DNA of 63,539 nucleotides, filler included, from Octopus bimaculoides (GCF_001194135.2; 8 parts of 7 records of this genome joined end to end with filler, not necessarily neighbours in it); one strand, 5' to 3'; shown: positions 12,106 to 25,530, counted from the whole stretch's first letter. Notes: a model not told the origin generated them from the sequence alone. Numbers and translations are program-made.

Positions 12106-12318
12106 TCTATTATAGGCACAAGGCCTGACATTTTTGGGGAAGGGGGCTAGTCGATGACATCGTTCCCCCAGTGTTCGACTGGTATTTATTTTATCGATCT
12201 CAAAAGGATGAAAGGCAAAGTTAATCTCAGCGCAAATGGAACACAGAATATAAAGACGAACGAAATGCCACTGAACATTTTGTCCGGCATGCTAACGATT
12301 CTACCGGCTCGCCACCCT
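12106..12318 (-). mobile_element. SINE family D with (TAG)n tail
   Basis: Homologous to the copies at 16733, 23645, 31930, 43370, 44370, 55790 and 59285. The trinucleotide tail is at 12052-12105. Confidence 0.8.
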
Positions 12319-12326
12319 AATAAATG

Positions 12327-12366
<40 letters not shown>

Positions 12367-12905
12367 GTACCAGGCAGTAGCTCTCATGGCTTCTGATCTT
12401 AATTGATTGGAAGTGTTATCATATACATTTTTTTGTCTTGGTATAAAAGATGGGCTACAGCAAATATTCTGCTGAATACCACAGATTTGCTTGTCAGTTG
12501 TTTTACCTTAACCAGTTGAGCATGTCCCTTGGTGGCTGACGATATGAGCATCTCTGATCATGAGCAGAAGTAGTGGGGGAGCATCATAGCCATGTGTTGA
12601 GAGGAATTCTTTGGGGTTTGAATAATTCACCTTTGGAAACATGGGTGTTTTGCTCAATATCCTTAAACAAACTTTATTCAGGGACCTTTTGAGCGGGATG
12701 GGCTACGCGACCTGACGAAGATTCTAACTGGGCCCCACCTGCGAGGTCATGCGCTGTTTATCTTGATATGAGATCACCATGTCACGCACACATGTCTGCG
12801 ATGCATGTGCCTGGTTTACCCTTATCAGACGGGTATTCATGATGGGTGTATTGGGCTTCGTAAATTTGTACTTCAGTGTCACTTTGATGGCATGCGCTGC
12901 TCTTT
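12367..12905. repeat. About 535-bp unclassified interspersed repeat
   Basis: Reverse-complement homolog at 23113-23645 and a fragment at 20783-20830. Confidence 0.85.
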
Positions 12906-12906
12906 C

Positions 12907-13443
12907 AGATTTTTTGGTGGGTGACTCACGCTAGCAAAATAGTAAATTGAGGATCCACACTATTATTTTAAGAGTCTATTAAAAGTTGTTTTTTTTTAAA
13001 TTTTAATGTATGTATTGCAAGAAACAGCTCGGTTTCTTTCTCTAACATTTTCCATAGTTCCACCTACACAAGTTAATGTGTATATAAAAAAAGATGAATT
13101 TCGAAAAAAATATCTATAAAACTAGTTTTTAAACATCGAATTGCTGTTGGGGTCCATCAGAATAAAATAGTAATGAAAGAGGATCTACGCAGGCAAAATA
13201 GTAAATTGGGGATTTACAGTAATATTTTAAAGCCCCTGAAAACATGTTGCTTTAGATGTGTGTATTGGTGTGTATTGCAAGAAACAGCAAGGTTTCTTTA
13301 CCTAACATTTTCCATAGTTCCACCTACACAAGTTAATGTGTGAATAACAAAAGAGGAATTTTGAAAAAATTGCTATGGGAGTCTACTAGAATAAAACAGT
13401 AATTGAGGTTGGTGTCCATAAGTAAAAAATGGTTGAGGATCCC
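12907..13443. mobile_element. hAT-like MITE with internal ~260-bp direct duplication
   Basis: 12925-13190 is repeated at 13190-13410. The right end GGTTGAGGATCCCTG resembles hAT termini. Confidence 0.45.
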
Positions 13444-14181
13444 TGTGTTAGGCCATATAAAAAAAAATCAGAATACTTCTCCATTTCATATTAGCATTTT
13501 ATTTTTATTAGATTTGATTAAAAATTTGTAATTGTTTCTCTTGTCCTTTGTCTTTTACGTCAATGCATAATTAAGCTTTGTTTTTTTCTTCTCATTACGG
13601 GCGTAATTGAAATAATCAATTAAAATTTCCTGGTTCATTATATTATATTAGTACTGAATTAATAATAGCAATTATATATTTTCCCTATGGGTGAAAGAAC
13701 CCATTGGAACTGAGCAACTGCTCTTATATAACCCCAAAGTCAGCCTTGCTTTGGTAGACTTATGGTCCAAGACATTCCACCCGTGAACGTTTCGTCTTTT
13801 ATTCAGAAACAGTCTATCTAGGACTACATTGTCCAGCGTCTCCTTTCTGTTTAAAGACAAAAAAGATTCAATATAAAGGACACTTAGCTGCTATTTCTAG
13901 TAAAACAAGCGTCAGTATAGATGCTCCTTTTCTGGTTCTGCTGTTGTTGTTGTTGTCATTGTCAGACCTAACCAAGCATATCTTTAATCAAGGCACTCAA
14001 AGCGTGACCATCACGTCTTTTTCCTACATGCAGGAAAGCCAGAAGTACGCCGTCTGACGCATGCTTTGATAAAATGATAGTGATGCGGTGTGAAGGAGTT
14101 TTGGCTGCCAAATTTAGAAAGTCAAGTAACTCCTGGTATCTCTCTCGACGATTTTGTTGGTATTGGTGCTGTTGTTGTGTG

Positions 14182-14552
14182 GAGGCGCAATGGCCCAGTG
14201 GTTAGGGCAGCGGACTCGCGGTCATAGGATCGCGGTTTCGATTCCCAGACCGGGCGTTGTGAGTGTTTATTGAGCGAAAACACCTAAAGCTCCACGAGGC
14301 TCCGGCAGGGGATGGTGGCGAACCCTGCTGTACTCTTTCAACACAACTTCTCTCACTCTTTCTTCCTGTTTCTGTTGTGCCTGTAATTCAAAGGGTCAGC
14401 CTTGTCACACTGTGTCACGCTGAATATCCCCGAGAACTACGTTAAGGGTACACGTGTCTGTGGAGTGCTCAGCCACTTGCACGTTAATTTCACGAGCAGG
14501 CTGTTCCGTTGATCGGATCAACTGGAACCCTCGACCTCGTAAGCGACGGAGT
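14182..14552 (+). mobile_element. tRNA-derived SINE family B, well preserved
   Basis: A box TGGCCCAGTGG and B box GGTTTCGATTCC, followed by a unique body; CpG-rich. Confidence 0.75.
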
Positions 14553-14559
14553 GGTGCTG

Positions 14560-14931
14560 TTGTTAATGACGACTACGATGATGATGACGTTGTTAATGAT
14601 GATGATGATGATGACGATGATGATGTCAATGATGACGACGACGACGATGATGAAGACGATGATGGGCATATGACTTCTTTTTGGTAATAGATGTGGAGAA
14701 CAGGTATTGTTTAGGCCCAGGTCAGACCCAATCGATCAAATGATCTAATAATCAAATACGTTGTGACCATGACCGTTACATCACACATGAAGTCGATGTT
14801 TGGACGGCTAAAACTGCGGCAATAATGCTCTGTGTAAAGGCATGGCCATCACTGCATCTCCTCATTTCTTGGCTATTAAGAAATTCTGCCTCGCCAGATA
14901 ATCTCTATGTCTACTGCTACTACTACTACTG

Positions 14932-14972
<41 letters not shown>

Positions 14973-15106
14973 GTTGCTGCTGCTGCTGCAACTCCTGTTA
15001 TTGCACATATTGTGGTGATCATGGTTATGCTAGTAATAGCGAAAGTATAATAATAATAACAGTAGTAGTAGTAGTAATAATAGAGGTAGTGGTAGTAGTG
15101 GTAGTC

Positions 15107-15158
<52 letters not shown>

Positions 15159-15214
15159 AAGCAGATGCGTAATAGCCACAAGACGAAGTTGAGTTAAAAA
15201 AACAATCGGTGGTG

Positions 15215-15267
<53 letters not shown>

Positions 15268-15667
15268 GCATATATACACACACTTACACACAAACACCTA
15301 CTCAAGCATGCACACAATCACAATCAGATACACATATGCAAACACAGAAATGCAAGCACACGGAATAGGCAAAAATAAAAATCTTAAAATTTCAAAAAAA
15401 AAAAAAAAAAAAATTCAATAACAAAAAAAAACAAACAAAACAGAATGGTGGAATGAAATTTAATGAAATCATCAATTTGTTGAACCAGAAATCCAAATGA
15501 TAGGTAGGAGAGGAGATTTCTGATAGAAGATGGTGATGCTGCTGATGACAGTGGTGATGATGATGATGACAATGATGACAGTGATCATGAGGATAAATGA
15601 TTGTTTTGGTGGTAATGATGATGACGATGATGGTGATGATGAGGATGATGATGATGATGATGGTGAC

Positions 15668-15702
<35 letters not shown>

Positions 15703-15760
15703 CGATGATGATGATGATGATGATGATGATGACAATGATGATGAAGAAGAAGAAGCGAAA
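14560..15760. repeat. Compound microsatellite cluster (GAT, CTA, TAG, CA, GAT)
   Basis: Direct reading of the sequence. Confidence 0.9.
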
Positions 15761-16204
15761 AGGACCAGTTAATGAAGCAGTCCGTTTCATGTTCAGGCAA
15801 GGGGAAAAAAACGTGAGAAAAGAGGCGTTTATCAACCTTGACATGTTTTTCCATGGTGTTTTTTAAAAATTTTATTTTATGTTATTTTCAAATAAATGGC
15901 TCGAAGTTCGAAAAAAACAAACAAACAAACAAACCCGAATCAGTTATCACCCCACCCCCATTCCCCCGCCATCGCTTTGCCTGCAACACTTTGACGCTTC
16001 ATCCCGTCCGTCCTCTTTCGTTCTGTTTGTGGAACTCTTTCGAAATAACAGACTCTTTGCGCTATCAAACACTACTCGTCGAATATTTTTAAAAGATTCA
16101 ACTGGAAAGGAGTTGTGGGCATAGACAAGTTTAAAGCTGTAGACCCTGAAAAATATATAATCTCTACCATAAATGTATGCAACCCAACGTTTCTGTTATT
16201 TTTG

Positions 16205-16206
<2 letters not shown>

Positions 16207-16279
<73 letters not shown>

Positions 16280-16558
16280 GTTCAGTAGTTTTATTTTTAT
16301 AACGTGCTTTCACTTCACTACCGAGCGCAGCTCTGTGCGCCTTGGGTATGTGCTGTGGTGCTCTTATGTTTACTGTATTGAAAGTGTTTTGCGTAGAATG
16401 TGTGCAGTACCCAGTAGTGCAATTTTCTGTATGTTATATATATTTGTAAGTCCTGGTGTTTTTGTTATGTATTTGTCTGAATATTTTTTTATTATACCTA
16501 AGGCACCTACTATGATAGGAATTGTTTCTGTTTTTAGATTCCACATTCGAGTTATCTC
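16207..16558 (-). mobile_element. R4/Dong-like REL LINE 3' end, young, with (AAT)n tail
   Basis: Uninterrupted EITRMWNLKTETIPIIVGALGIIKKYSDKYITKTPGLTNIYNIQKIALLGTAHILRKTLSIQ*, then a short 3'UTR and (AAT)n. The 5' part is lost in the gap. Confidence 0.9.
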
Positions 16559-16675
16559 NNNNNNNNNNNNNNNNNNNNNNNNNNNNNNNNNNNNNNNNNN
16601 NNTTAATTAATTAANNNNNNNNNNNNNNNNNNNNNNNNNNNNNNNNNNNNNNNNNNNNAGATTTTGGGTGGTGCA

Positions 16676-16730
<55 letters not shown>

Positions 16731-16732
16731 TA

Positions 16733-16945
16733 AGGCGTCGAGCTGACAAAATCGTTAGCACGCTGGACTAAATGTTTAGCGGTATTTCGTCCGTCGCTAC
16801 GTTCCGAGTTCAAATTCTGCAGAAGTCGACTTTGCTTTTCATCCTTTCGGAGTCGATAAATAACGTACCAGTGAAACACTGGTGTCGATGTAATCGACTA
16901 GTCCCTTCCCCCAAAATTTCAGGCCTTGTGCCTTCAGTAGAAAGG

Positions 16946-16993
<48 letters not shown>
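16733..16993 (+). mobile_element. SINE family D with (ACT)16 tail
   Basis: B box GAGTTCAAATTC; homologous to the other family D copies. Confidence 0.85.
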
Positions 16994-16994
<1 letters not shown>

Positions 16995-17421
16995 GTAGTA
17001 GTAGTAGTAGTAGTAGTAGTAGCAGTAGTTGTAGCACTACAGCTGCAACAAACATCTATAGTAGTTGAAGATATTGTATTCATGACGGTGTTTATATGGT
17101 CACGATGTCACGCGCGCGTGCGACACTGGGACATGGGAGGAGAGTGAGAGAGAGAGAGACAGAGACAGAGAGGGAGAGAGAGGGAGAAATAGAGAGAGAG
17201 AAAGAGAGAGGGAGAAATAATGCCAGAAAGAGATAGATAGATAGACAGAGAGAGAGATAGAGACAGTGAGTGAGAGAGAGAGAAAGAGAGAGAAAGCAAA
17301 AACGGGTCACGGACAATGTGTCTGCAAGATGGATTACTTAAAAATAAAGAGAGACTTTAGAGTAATAGTTAAAGGGTCAGTTCGAGAAGGGGTCAGAAAA
17401 AGGAGCGAAGACTTAAGATAG

Positions 17422-17476
<55 letters not shown>

Positions 17477-17604
17477 GAGAGACAGAGGGAGAAGGAGGTG
17501 AGAGAGAAGTGTGGGTGTAAGAGAGAGAGATAAAAATTACGCATATGCACATACAAATATATACATATATATATATACAAATATATACATATACACCCAT
17601 ACCA

Positions 17605-17667
<63 letters not shown>

Positions 17668-18109
17668 NNNNNNNNNNNNNNNNNNNNNNNNNNNNNNNNN
17701 NNNNNNNNNNNNNNNNNNNNNNNNNNNNNNNNNNNNNNNNNNNNNNNNNNNNNNNNNNNNNNNNNNNNNNNNNNNNNNNNNNNNTGGGAGGCCGAGTAAG
17801 AATTGATGGATTGCGATTTGAAGGGGAGACGCGTCGTTTTGTCCAGCGCCGATCGGAAACGGTGAAACTAGAATGGCGAAACGAGATATTCCAACTGAAA
17901 CGATTCGCCTTTACCCTCATTCGAAACAACCTTTTACCATTTTCTTTTGTTCTTTGCTTTTTGGGAGATTATTTTGTTTTGTTTTGTTTGTTAATCTTTT
18001 ATTTGTGTCCGACAAATTTCCAATCCTATTTATTTCACCCATAAATTTTGCCGTTTTGCTACAACTTATAATCTCCGAATTATTGTCGTTGTTCTTTTTG
18101 CTGATTTTG

Positions 18110-18140
<31 letters not shown>

Positions 18141-18290
18141 TGTTGTTGTTGTTGTTTCATTTATCTATTTTTCATTTTTCATTACGTATTTCTTTTTCTA
18201 TTGTTTTAGTTTGTTTGTTTGTTTGTTTGTTTGTTTTCTTTCTTTCTTACTGCTGTTTCGGTTATTGTGCTTTTTACTGATGTTGCTCAC

Positions 18291-18349
18291 CTTTATTTGA
18301 GTCGATTCTATTATTTTTGGGTGTTGAAACTGTATTAAATGTCATCGAT

Positions 18350-18384
<35 letters not shown>

Positions 18385-18751
18385 TGTTGTTGTTGTTGTT
18401 GTTGTAGTTGTTGTTATTCTGTGTTGTTCATTATTAACAATGTGGTAGAAGTTGTTTTCCTTTTAATGTAGTTTTCATAATTTTCTTCTCACTCCCCACA
18501 CTAATTATTTTTTTATGTCTAATCACCACCGTTGTTGTTGTTGTTGTTGTTGGTGGTGGTAATGGTGGTGGTGGTGGTAGTGGTGGGAGGTAGTGGTTGT
18601 GTTGTTGATTGTTCATGTTTATTGTCGTGCTAGTGATTGTAGCCTCCGTCGTCTTTTTGCCGTCATCATCGTCAGCAATCCCAATATCTTTGCATTTCTC
18701 GTAATAAATATAATTAAGGTTGTCGTTGTTATTGTTACTGTTTCTGTTATT

Positions 18752-18782
<31 letters not shown>

Positions 18783-18909
18783 TTATTATTGTTGTTGTTG
18801 TTATTAACACCTTAAGGTGGAGGGAGCGGCATCCATCTGTTCGTAACGTATCAAGAGCCAAAGACCTTGATTTACGAAAGTCGTAGTCACCCTTCGTCTC
18901 AAAAGGTCC
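18291..18909 (-). other. Candidate exon (mostly UTR-like, trinucleotide-rich) of an unidentified minus-strand gene
   Basis: Acceptor ccttttttcgtgtctttag| at 18910 and donor AAG|GTGAGC at 18290. A possible ATG at 18345 gives MTFNTVSTPKNNRIDSNK, phase 1. An upstream donor GAG|GTAAGC lies at 19314. Confidence 0.3.
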
Positions 18910-20039
18910 CTAAAGACACGAAAAAAGGGTGTGAAGAGATTATTTTCATTACCTTGAAGAAATGTTGCTGATGCATGTATGTGTCGTAGGAAGCCAAAAA
19001 GGGAAAAGAACGCACGAGAGAGAAAAAAAGCAGGAAAGAGAAACAGAGAAACGGATAGACGTATAGACAGGAGGAGACAGTTTGAGACAGAGAAGAGGAA
19101 GAAGAAGAGAAGAGACAAGAGGGGTGAAGGTGGAGGAGGATTAAGAGATTGATAGATATTAAGGGGAAGTTTAGTGAGTTGCTGTTAATGCTGGTGTAAC
19201 TCAAATGTCGTTAGATTGATTGATAGTGCTCCGAAAGGTTTCGGATAGATTAAATGGCTTAAGCGTGTTCACTCTTTAGTCAAGTTATAGGTGGGTCAAC
19301 TTAGAAAGGCTTACCTCCCCCCCCCCTCACTGCTGGATCATCGTAGGGAGATTTTGGTAGGGATAGCTCCCTGGCGAAAGGGTCGTGTAGAAGCAGAGGT
19401 AGACTCTTTTTTGTAGCAGATTTGATTCTTTGTACTCCGCCGATTTTGGTCTATGTATGTGCATTCATATGGACATACCAACCCATAGACATACACACAC
19501 ACACACANNNNNNNNNNNNNNNNNNNNNNNNNNNNNNNNNNNNNNNNNNNNNNNNNNNNNNNNNNNNNNNNNNNNNNNNNNNNNNNNNNNNNNNNNNNNN
19601 NNNNNNNNNNNNNNNNNNNNNNNNNNNNNNNNNNNNNNNNNNNNNNNNNNNNNNNNNNNNNNNNNNNNNNNNNNNNNNNNNNNNNNNNNNNNNNNNNNNN
19701 NNNNNNNNNNNNNNNNNNNNNNNNNNNNNNNNNNNNNNNNNNNNNNNNNNNNNNNNNNNNNNNNNNNNNNNNNNNNNNNNNNNNNNNNNATATATATATA
19801 TATATATACATGTATACATATATATATGTATACATTAATTAATTAATAAATCATTAATGACAAAAAAGTTACGTAATCACTTTCAATACCTTGCAGCTGT
19901 TTTTGCTATAAGGAACTGTGCGCCCTGAGTTGAGTGTCAGTGCAGATTTGTACAGCTTTCTCGGAGCCATTTGAAAAAAATGTTCACACACACTCATAGA
20001 AATCGCTTTACCTATAACATTCCTCGTCCCATATCAAAG

Positions 20040-20230
20040 AAATAGATATTGCTTGCCTTGTTTGCACTTTTCTTTGGATTCACAACCAGGCTGGAACTTT
20101 TATCCAGGCCAAACTCCATAACTATATCCTCTCGCAATGTCATAACCAGATCAAGGTTCTTCAGTATAGCGGTCATATTCTTGGTATGTGCTTTCAAATT
20201 GTCCACAGTGAGGTTATGTGTTAAGTTTGT
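20040..20230 (-). mobile_element. R4/Dong-like RT fragment
   Basis: VDNLKAHTKN...LDLVMTLREDIVMEFGLDKSS resembles YMDDLKLYAKN...F-x-x-DI-x-MEFGLDKC. Confidence 0.65.
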
Positions 20231-20884
20231 TTTTCTGTTCTGATATGATGTGATTACGTCACCTTAAAAGTTGTTAAAGAAGGAAGACAATTTCTTTGAA
20301 TTATATCCAAGCGATACTATACTCTATCAATGACAATGCACCATTTCCTGTGTTTAAATTCATACTAGTAGGGGACCATACCAGATTATATTTGGCCTTA
20401 ACTATGAATTCTTAAACTTTAGTAAATCGAAGGGTCTCTATCATACACAAGTGGAAAACGGAACAAAAAATTTTATTATAATCTAGCCATATAGTAATCC
20501 ACTTTCTCTTACACCGCCACGCCACCGCTATTTAGCTATGATGTCATTATTATGCTGATCCTGAGCGGTTAAGTTCTGATAGGCTTTAAGAGGTCAAGAC
20601 AATTTAAAAAGTTAAGTTCTGGCTGTGAGTGGCTTTCACCATTTAAGTGGTTTTACTTTTTAGTGCCAGGCTTGTTTCTTTCGACACCAGCCAGTCTCGT
20701 ATACTTTTATTCTATTGAAGGTTTGTTGGTGACAGTTGATAAACACCAGTTGATCAAATTTTGCAACTGTCTTCTTGAGTGAGAGAGCAGTGCATGCCAT
20801 CAAAGGGACACTGGGGTAAAATATACCTGAATGTATACCTGAATGTATGCGTATGCGTATTCGTGTATGCATGTATATATGTAC

Positions 20885-20915
<31 letters not shown>

Positions 20916-21632
20916 TGTATGTATGTATGTATGTATGTATGTATGTATGTATGTATGTGTATGTATGCATGTATGAATGTATGCATGCCCAGGGTACCAT
21001 TTTAAACTACCTCCGATAATGGAGCTCTAGTTCAGGGATACAAAGGTTTTGAGGAGTGTGGAAGCACCTCTTAGCCACTGTTGTTCCCAGGTCTACTCTA
21101 ACTCGAAATATTAGCGTAAGTCAGGGTCCCAGCTTTGAGATAACTAGCATATGTGATAGCAATCCCTCTGAGAATGGAGACGCAGAAATATCCTTGATGG
21201 GTATCAGGGCGCACAGTTAAACCATCTTTCTAGGTGAGGGATAACTGATGTAAAACCTACGGTTTTATGAGATTACCGGTCATCTCATTTCGGCCTGTCA
21301 ATAGGTACTAATCAAGCTGTCTCCGAGAGTGGTACTCATGTTGTACAAGTAGATCACTTTAATTCAGCGATATACGGATGTCTGTATATGGTGACATCAT
21401 TTATAATTCCATCTTCTGAAAGTTCTATATCGATGGAAGAATGGTGATGTGTGCATGTCTAACCAGCTGGAAGCGCGCAGTAAGTTACAGCTTTCATCTG
21501 TCGTCTATGCTGCATACCATGCAGATCTCCAACTGGGAGGTCATATATTGACAATCAGAAATACCATTGGTAACAAAGAAGCACGAGGAGGCGGCAATCA
21601 TCTGAGAAGATGCAGCAACCACCATGCATGCG

Positions 21633-21664
<32 letters not shown>

Positions 21665-21695
21665 TGTATTTATTTATTATGTGTATGCAAGTGCA

Positions 21696-21768
<73 letters not shown>

Positions 21769-21773
21769 GTTTA

Positions 21774-21806
<33 letters not shown>

Positions 21807-23112
21807 ATACGTATGTTGTATGTTTATACATGCATTTATCTGTGGATGTGTATGTATGCTTATATATATATATATATATAAATATGTGTGTGTGTGTGTG
21901 NNNNNNNNNNNNNNNNNNNNNNNNNNNNNNNNNNNNNNNNNNNNNNNNNNNNNNNNNNNNNNNNNNNNNNNNNNNNNNNNNNNNNNNNNNNNNNNNNNNN
22001 NNNNNNNNNNNNNNNNNNNNNNNNNNNNNNNNNNNNNNNNNNNNNNNNNNNNNNNNNNNNNNNNNNNNNNNNNNNNNNNNNNNNNNNNNNNNNNNNNNNN
22101 NNNNNNNNNNNNNNNNNNNNNNNNNNNNNNNNNNNNNNNNNNNNNNNNNNNNNNNNNNNNNATGTGCGTGCGCATGTGTGTTAGTATATATGCATGTGTA
22201 TACTTATGTATGCTTGAGTGCGTGTGAAAAATTTCGATAATTTATATCAGCAACATATTTTTTTGTCATATTTGCATTTTATTCCGTCCTTCCTTTTTCT
22301 AGCGAGTCCTGTAATTTTAATGATTTTTCCCATAAAGTTTTATACCATTCTCTTTTTAATCCATTTAGATATAATTATATTTCTTTTACTCCTCATGGAG
22401 AATTATAACAGAGAGTTACAACCGTATCTTTTGAAGTCATTGGTATTGCCTTGTTATTTCGATGAGAATAATTAAATAAAATTACCTAAATACAGGCCTG
22501 CGATACTCTGTCTTACTATACTAATGAGCTTCACCATTCTCAGTTTATTTTTGGGATTTTAGTGAGAAATTTTCTTTTAAAATATTCGTTTGACTGAAAA
22601 AATTTATTAGCTGAAGTTTTCCTAGGATTCTATATTTGCTCTGGAAAAGTTCAAATTTAATTTGATAAACTAATTTTAGAATCATTATGTTATGGTGCTT
22701 CTAAATAAGCAGTTCCTTTTTATAAACTGATACATCCTGTATGTCTAAAGAATTTAGTTAAATAGCAGTAGTGTGTTCTTTCCTGAAAGGTTTCAGTTCC
22801 TTTTTTTTTTTCGTTGTTCTTTGTCTTAATTTTTAAGAAGAGAGTGTTCCAGTCTTTCAGAAAACTTTACCTAAGAATTTCTAATCTATTTGTGTACAAA
22901 GCAGATAATTATAAGCTTTACTGTGTACTTTGGTGTTTATGTTTTGAGATCGATCCGACTGCACAGCAGTTGGACAAGTGCCTTCTACAGTAAATGACCA
23001 GAGTTCTGTGAGTAAAATTTGACAGTAGGAAATTGTATAGGGACACGTTGCATTACTCTCAAGTAGTGGACATCATTGCGTTGATTTTAATAGCATTATT
23101 ATTATTGATTGA

Positions 23113-23645
23113 GCGAGCAGCGCATGCCGTCAAAGTGACAGTGGGGTAAAATATACGAAGCTTAGTATGCCCATCTGATTAGGGTACACTAGACACATGC
23201 ATCACAACCCTATGTCTGCAATATGGTAATCTCATATCAAGATATACAGTGCATGACCTTGCGGGTGGGGGCCTAGTTAAAATTTTCTTCGGGTCGAGTA
23301 GCCCATCCCACACAAAAGGTCTCTGAATAAGGGTTGTTTAAGGATGTTGAAGGAAGAACCCATATTTCCAGAAGTGAATTATTCAAACCCCAAAGAATTC
23401 CTCTTAACACAAACACATGGCTATGAAGCGCCCCAGCTACGCCTGCTTATGATCAGAGATGCACATATTGTCAGCCACCAAGGGACGTGCTCAAATGGTT
23501 ATAGTTAAGCATCTGACAAGCAAATCTGTGGTATTGAGCTGAATGTTTGCTGTAGCCCATCTTTTACACCAAGACAAACCATGTACATGATAACACTTCC
23601 AGTTAGTTAAGATCAGAAGCTACGAGAGCCACACTACCTGTACAG
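23113..23645. repeat. Second, inverted copy of the 535-bp interspersed repeat
   Basis: Reverse complement of 12367-12905. Confidence 0.85.
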
Positions 23646-24110
23646 CCAGGCGGCGAGCTGGCAGAATCGTTAGCACGCCGGACGAAGTGCTTAGCTGCAT
23701 TTCATCTGGCTTTATATTTTGAGTTCAAATTCTGCTGTAGTCGACTTTACCTTTCATCCTTTCGCCGCCGCTAAAGTAAGTTCCAGTTGTTCAGTGGGGT
23801 AGGTATAATCGATTAACCCTATCACCTTCAAAATTTCAGGCCTTGAGCCAAAATTTGAAACCACTGTTTTGAAGGTGGTGTGCTAGCAGAGTCGATAGAG
23901 ATTTTGGACAAAACGCTGAGCAGCATTTCTTTTAGCTTTTTATATTCTGAGTTTATATCCACCGAGGTAAACTTTACTTTTCCTCCTTTCGTGATCGATA
24001 AATAAAGTGGCTGTGAAGTTCTGGAGTTGATATAATGGACTCGATCCATCTCCTTCAGAATTGCTAGCCTTGTGCCAAAATTAGAAAGAATTACTCTAGA
24101 CAAAAGGGAA
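23645..24110 (+). mobile_element. Two tandem SINE family D copies
   Basis: Homology to 16733-16945, repeated twice. Confidence 0.75.
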
Positions 24111-24503
24111 GACAATACTCATGACCTCCAAGACTAGTGGGAGCAGGTTAAAGGTATCCTCCAACCGTGAACCTGAGTCCGAATGCTTGCAACAAGGTGG
24201 ACATATCTAAGGGCAACAAAGGTGACAGATGCTTGTATTGCACAGTGTAACGAACCACGTAAGCTAAAGACATTTGGATTGAAGACATTTTCTGCTTTTC
24301 TTCCATTAAACGTGGTAGCTCTGAACAAAGTCATACGCGTTTTTTTTTCTTCCTCTAAATTGCTATTTAAAATACACGTTACCAAATAGTCTTTATTAGT
24401 CCTGAGCAAAAGCTGAGGCAACGATCGATTCAGACAAATCTTGCATATTCAATAAACAAGAAATAGGAAACCGATAAAAGACTTCAAAAATCAGATAAAC
24501 ATC

Positions 24504-24576
<73 letters not shown>

Positions 24577-25306
24577 GAGTCAAGTTGTTAGTAACATAAA
24601 CTGGAAAATACTCTTACACAAACCCACCATTCCAGAGTAATAAAAAACCTTGCCAACTTTTTACAAATTATTCNNNNNNNNNNNNNNNNNNNNNNNNNNN
24701 NNNNNNNNNNNNNNNNNNNNNNNNNNNNNNNNNNNNNNNNNNNNNNNNNNNNNNNNNNNNNNNNNNNNNNNNNNNNNNNNNNNNNNNNNNNNNNNNNNNN
24801 NNNNNNNNNNNNNNNNNNNNNNNNNNNNNNNNNNNNNNNNNNNNNNNNNNNNNNNNNNNNNNNNNNNNNNNNNNNNNNNNNNNNNNNNNNNNNNNNNNNN
24901 NNNNNNNNNNNNNNNNNNNNNNNNNNNNNNNNNNNNNNNNNNNNNNNNNNNNNNNNNNNNNNNNNNNNNNNNNNNNNNNNNNNNNNNNNNNNNNNNNNNN
25001 NNNNNNNNNNNNNNNNNNNNNNNNNNNNNNNNNNNNNNNNNNNNNNNNNNNNNNNNNNNNNNNNNNNNNNNNNNNNNNNNNNNNNNNNNNNNNNNNNNNN
25101 NNNNNNNNNNNNNNNNNNNNNNNNNNNNNNNNNNNNNNNNNNNNNNNNNNNNNNNNNNNNNNNNNNNNNNNNNNATTTTAAAAAATGTATACTTGTGTGC
25201 AAGCAAACTGAAATATAACTTTACTTTTTCTCATTCTTCATTTTTTTTTTTTACTAATTAAGTCATATTTTATTTTTGTTTACATTTTTATAAAATAAAA
25301 AAAAAT

Positions 25307-25530
25307 AAACGCGCCCTTTTAAAGCCTAGCCAGGCTCATGGGCCCGGTTTTCCAGCTGGACGGGACGCCAGTCCATCGCAGCATTACTCATTTTTGCCAG
25401 CTGAATGGACTGGAGCAACGTGAAATGAAGTGTTTTGCTCAAGAACACAACGCGTCGCCCGGTCCAGGAATCGAAACAAAAATCTGATGATCATGATGCT
25501 GGTACCATAACCACTAAGCCACGCACCTCC
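25307..25530 (-). mobile_element. SINE family C copy
   Basis: Matches 10281-10526 with a short internal deletion. Confidence 0.85.

Noticed and set aside
14182-14255. tRNA gene (also 30323 and 10526 heads)
   Set aside because: A/B boxes run into multicopy SINE bodies and no full cloverleaf forms.
24134-24421. ORFs on both strands in unique-looking sequence
   Set aside because: No motifs and no consistent splice-site pair.
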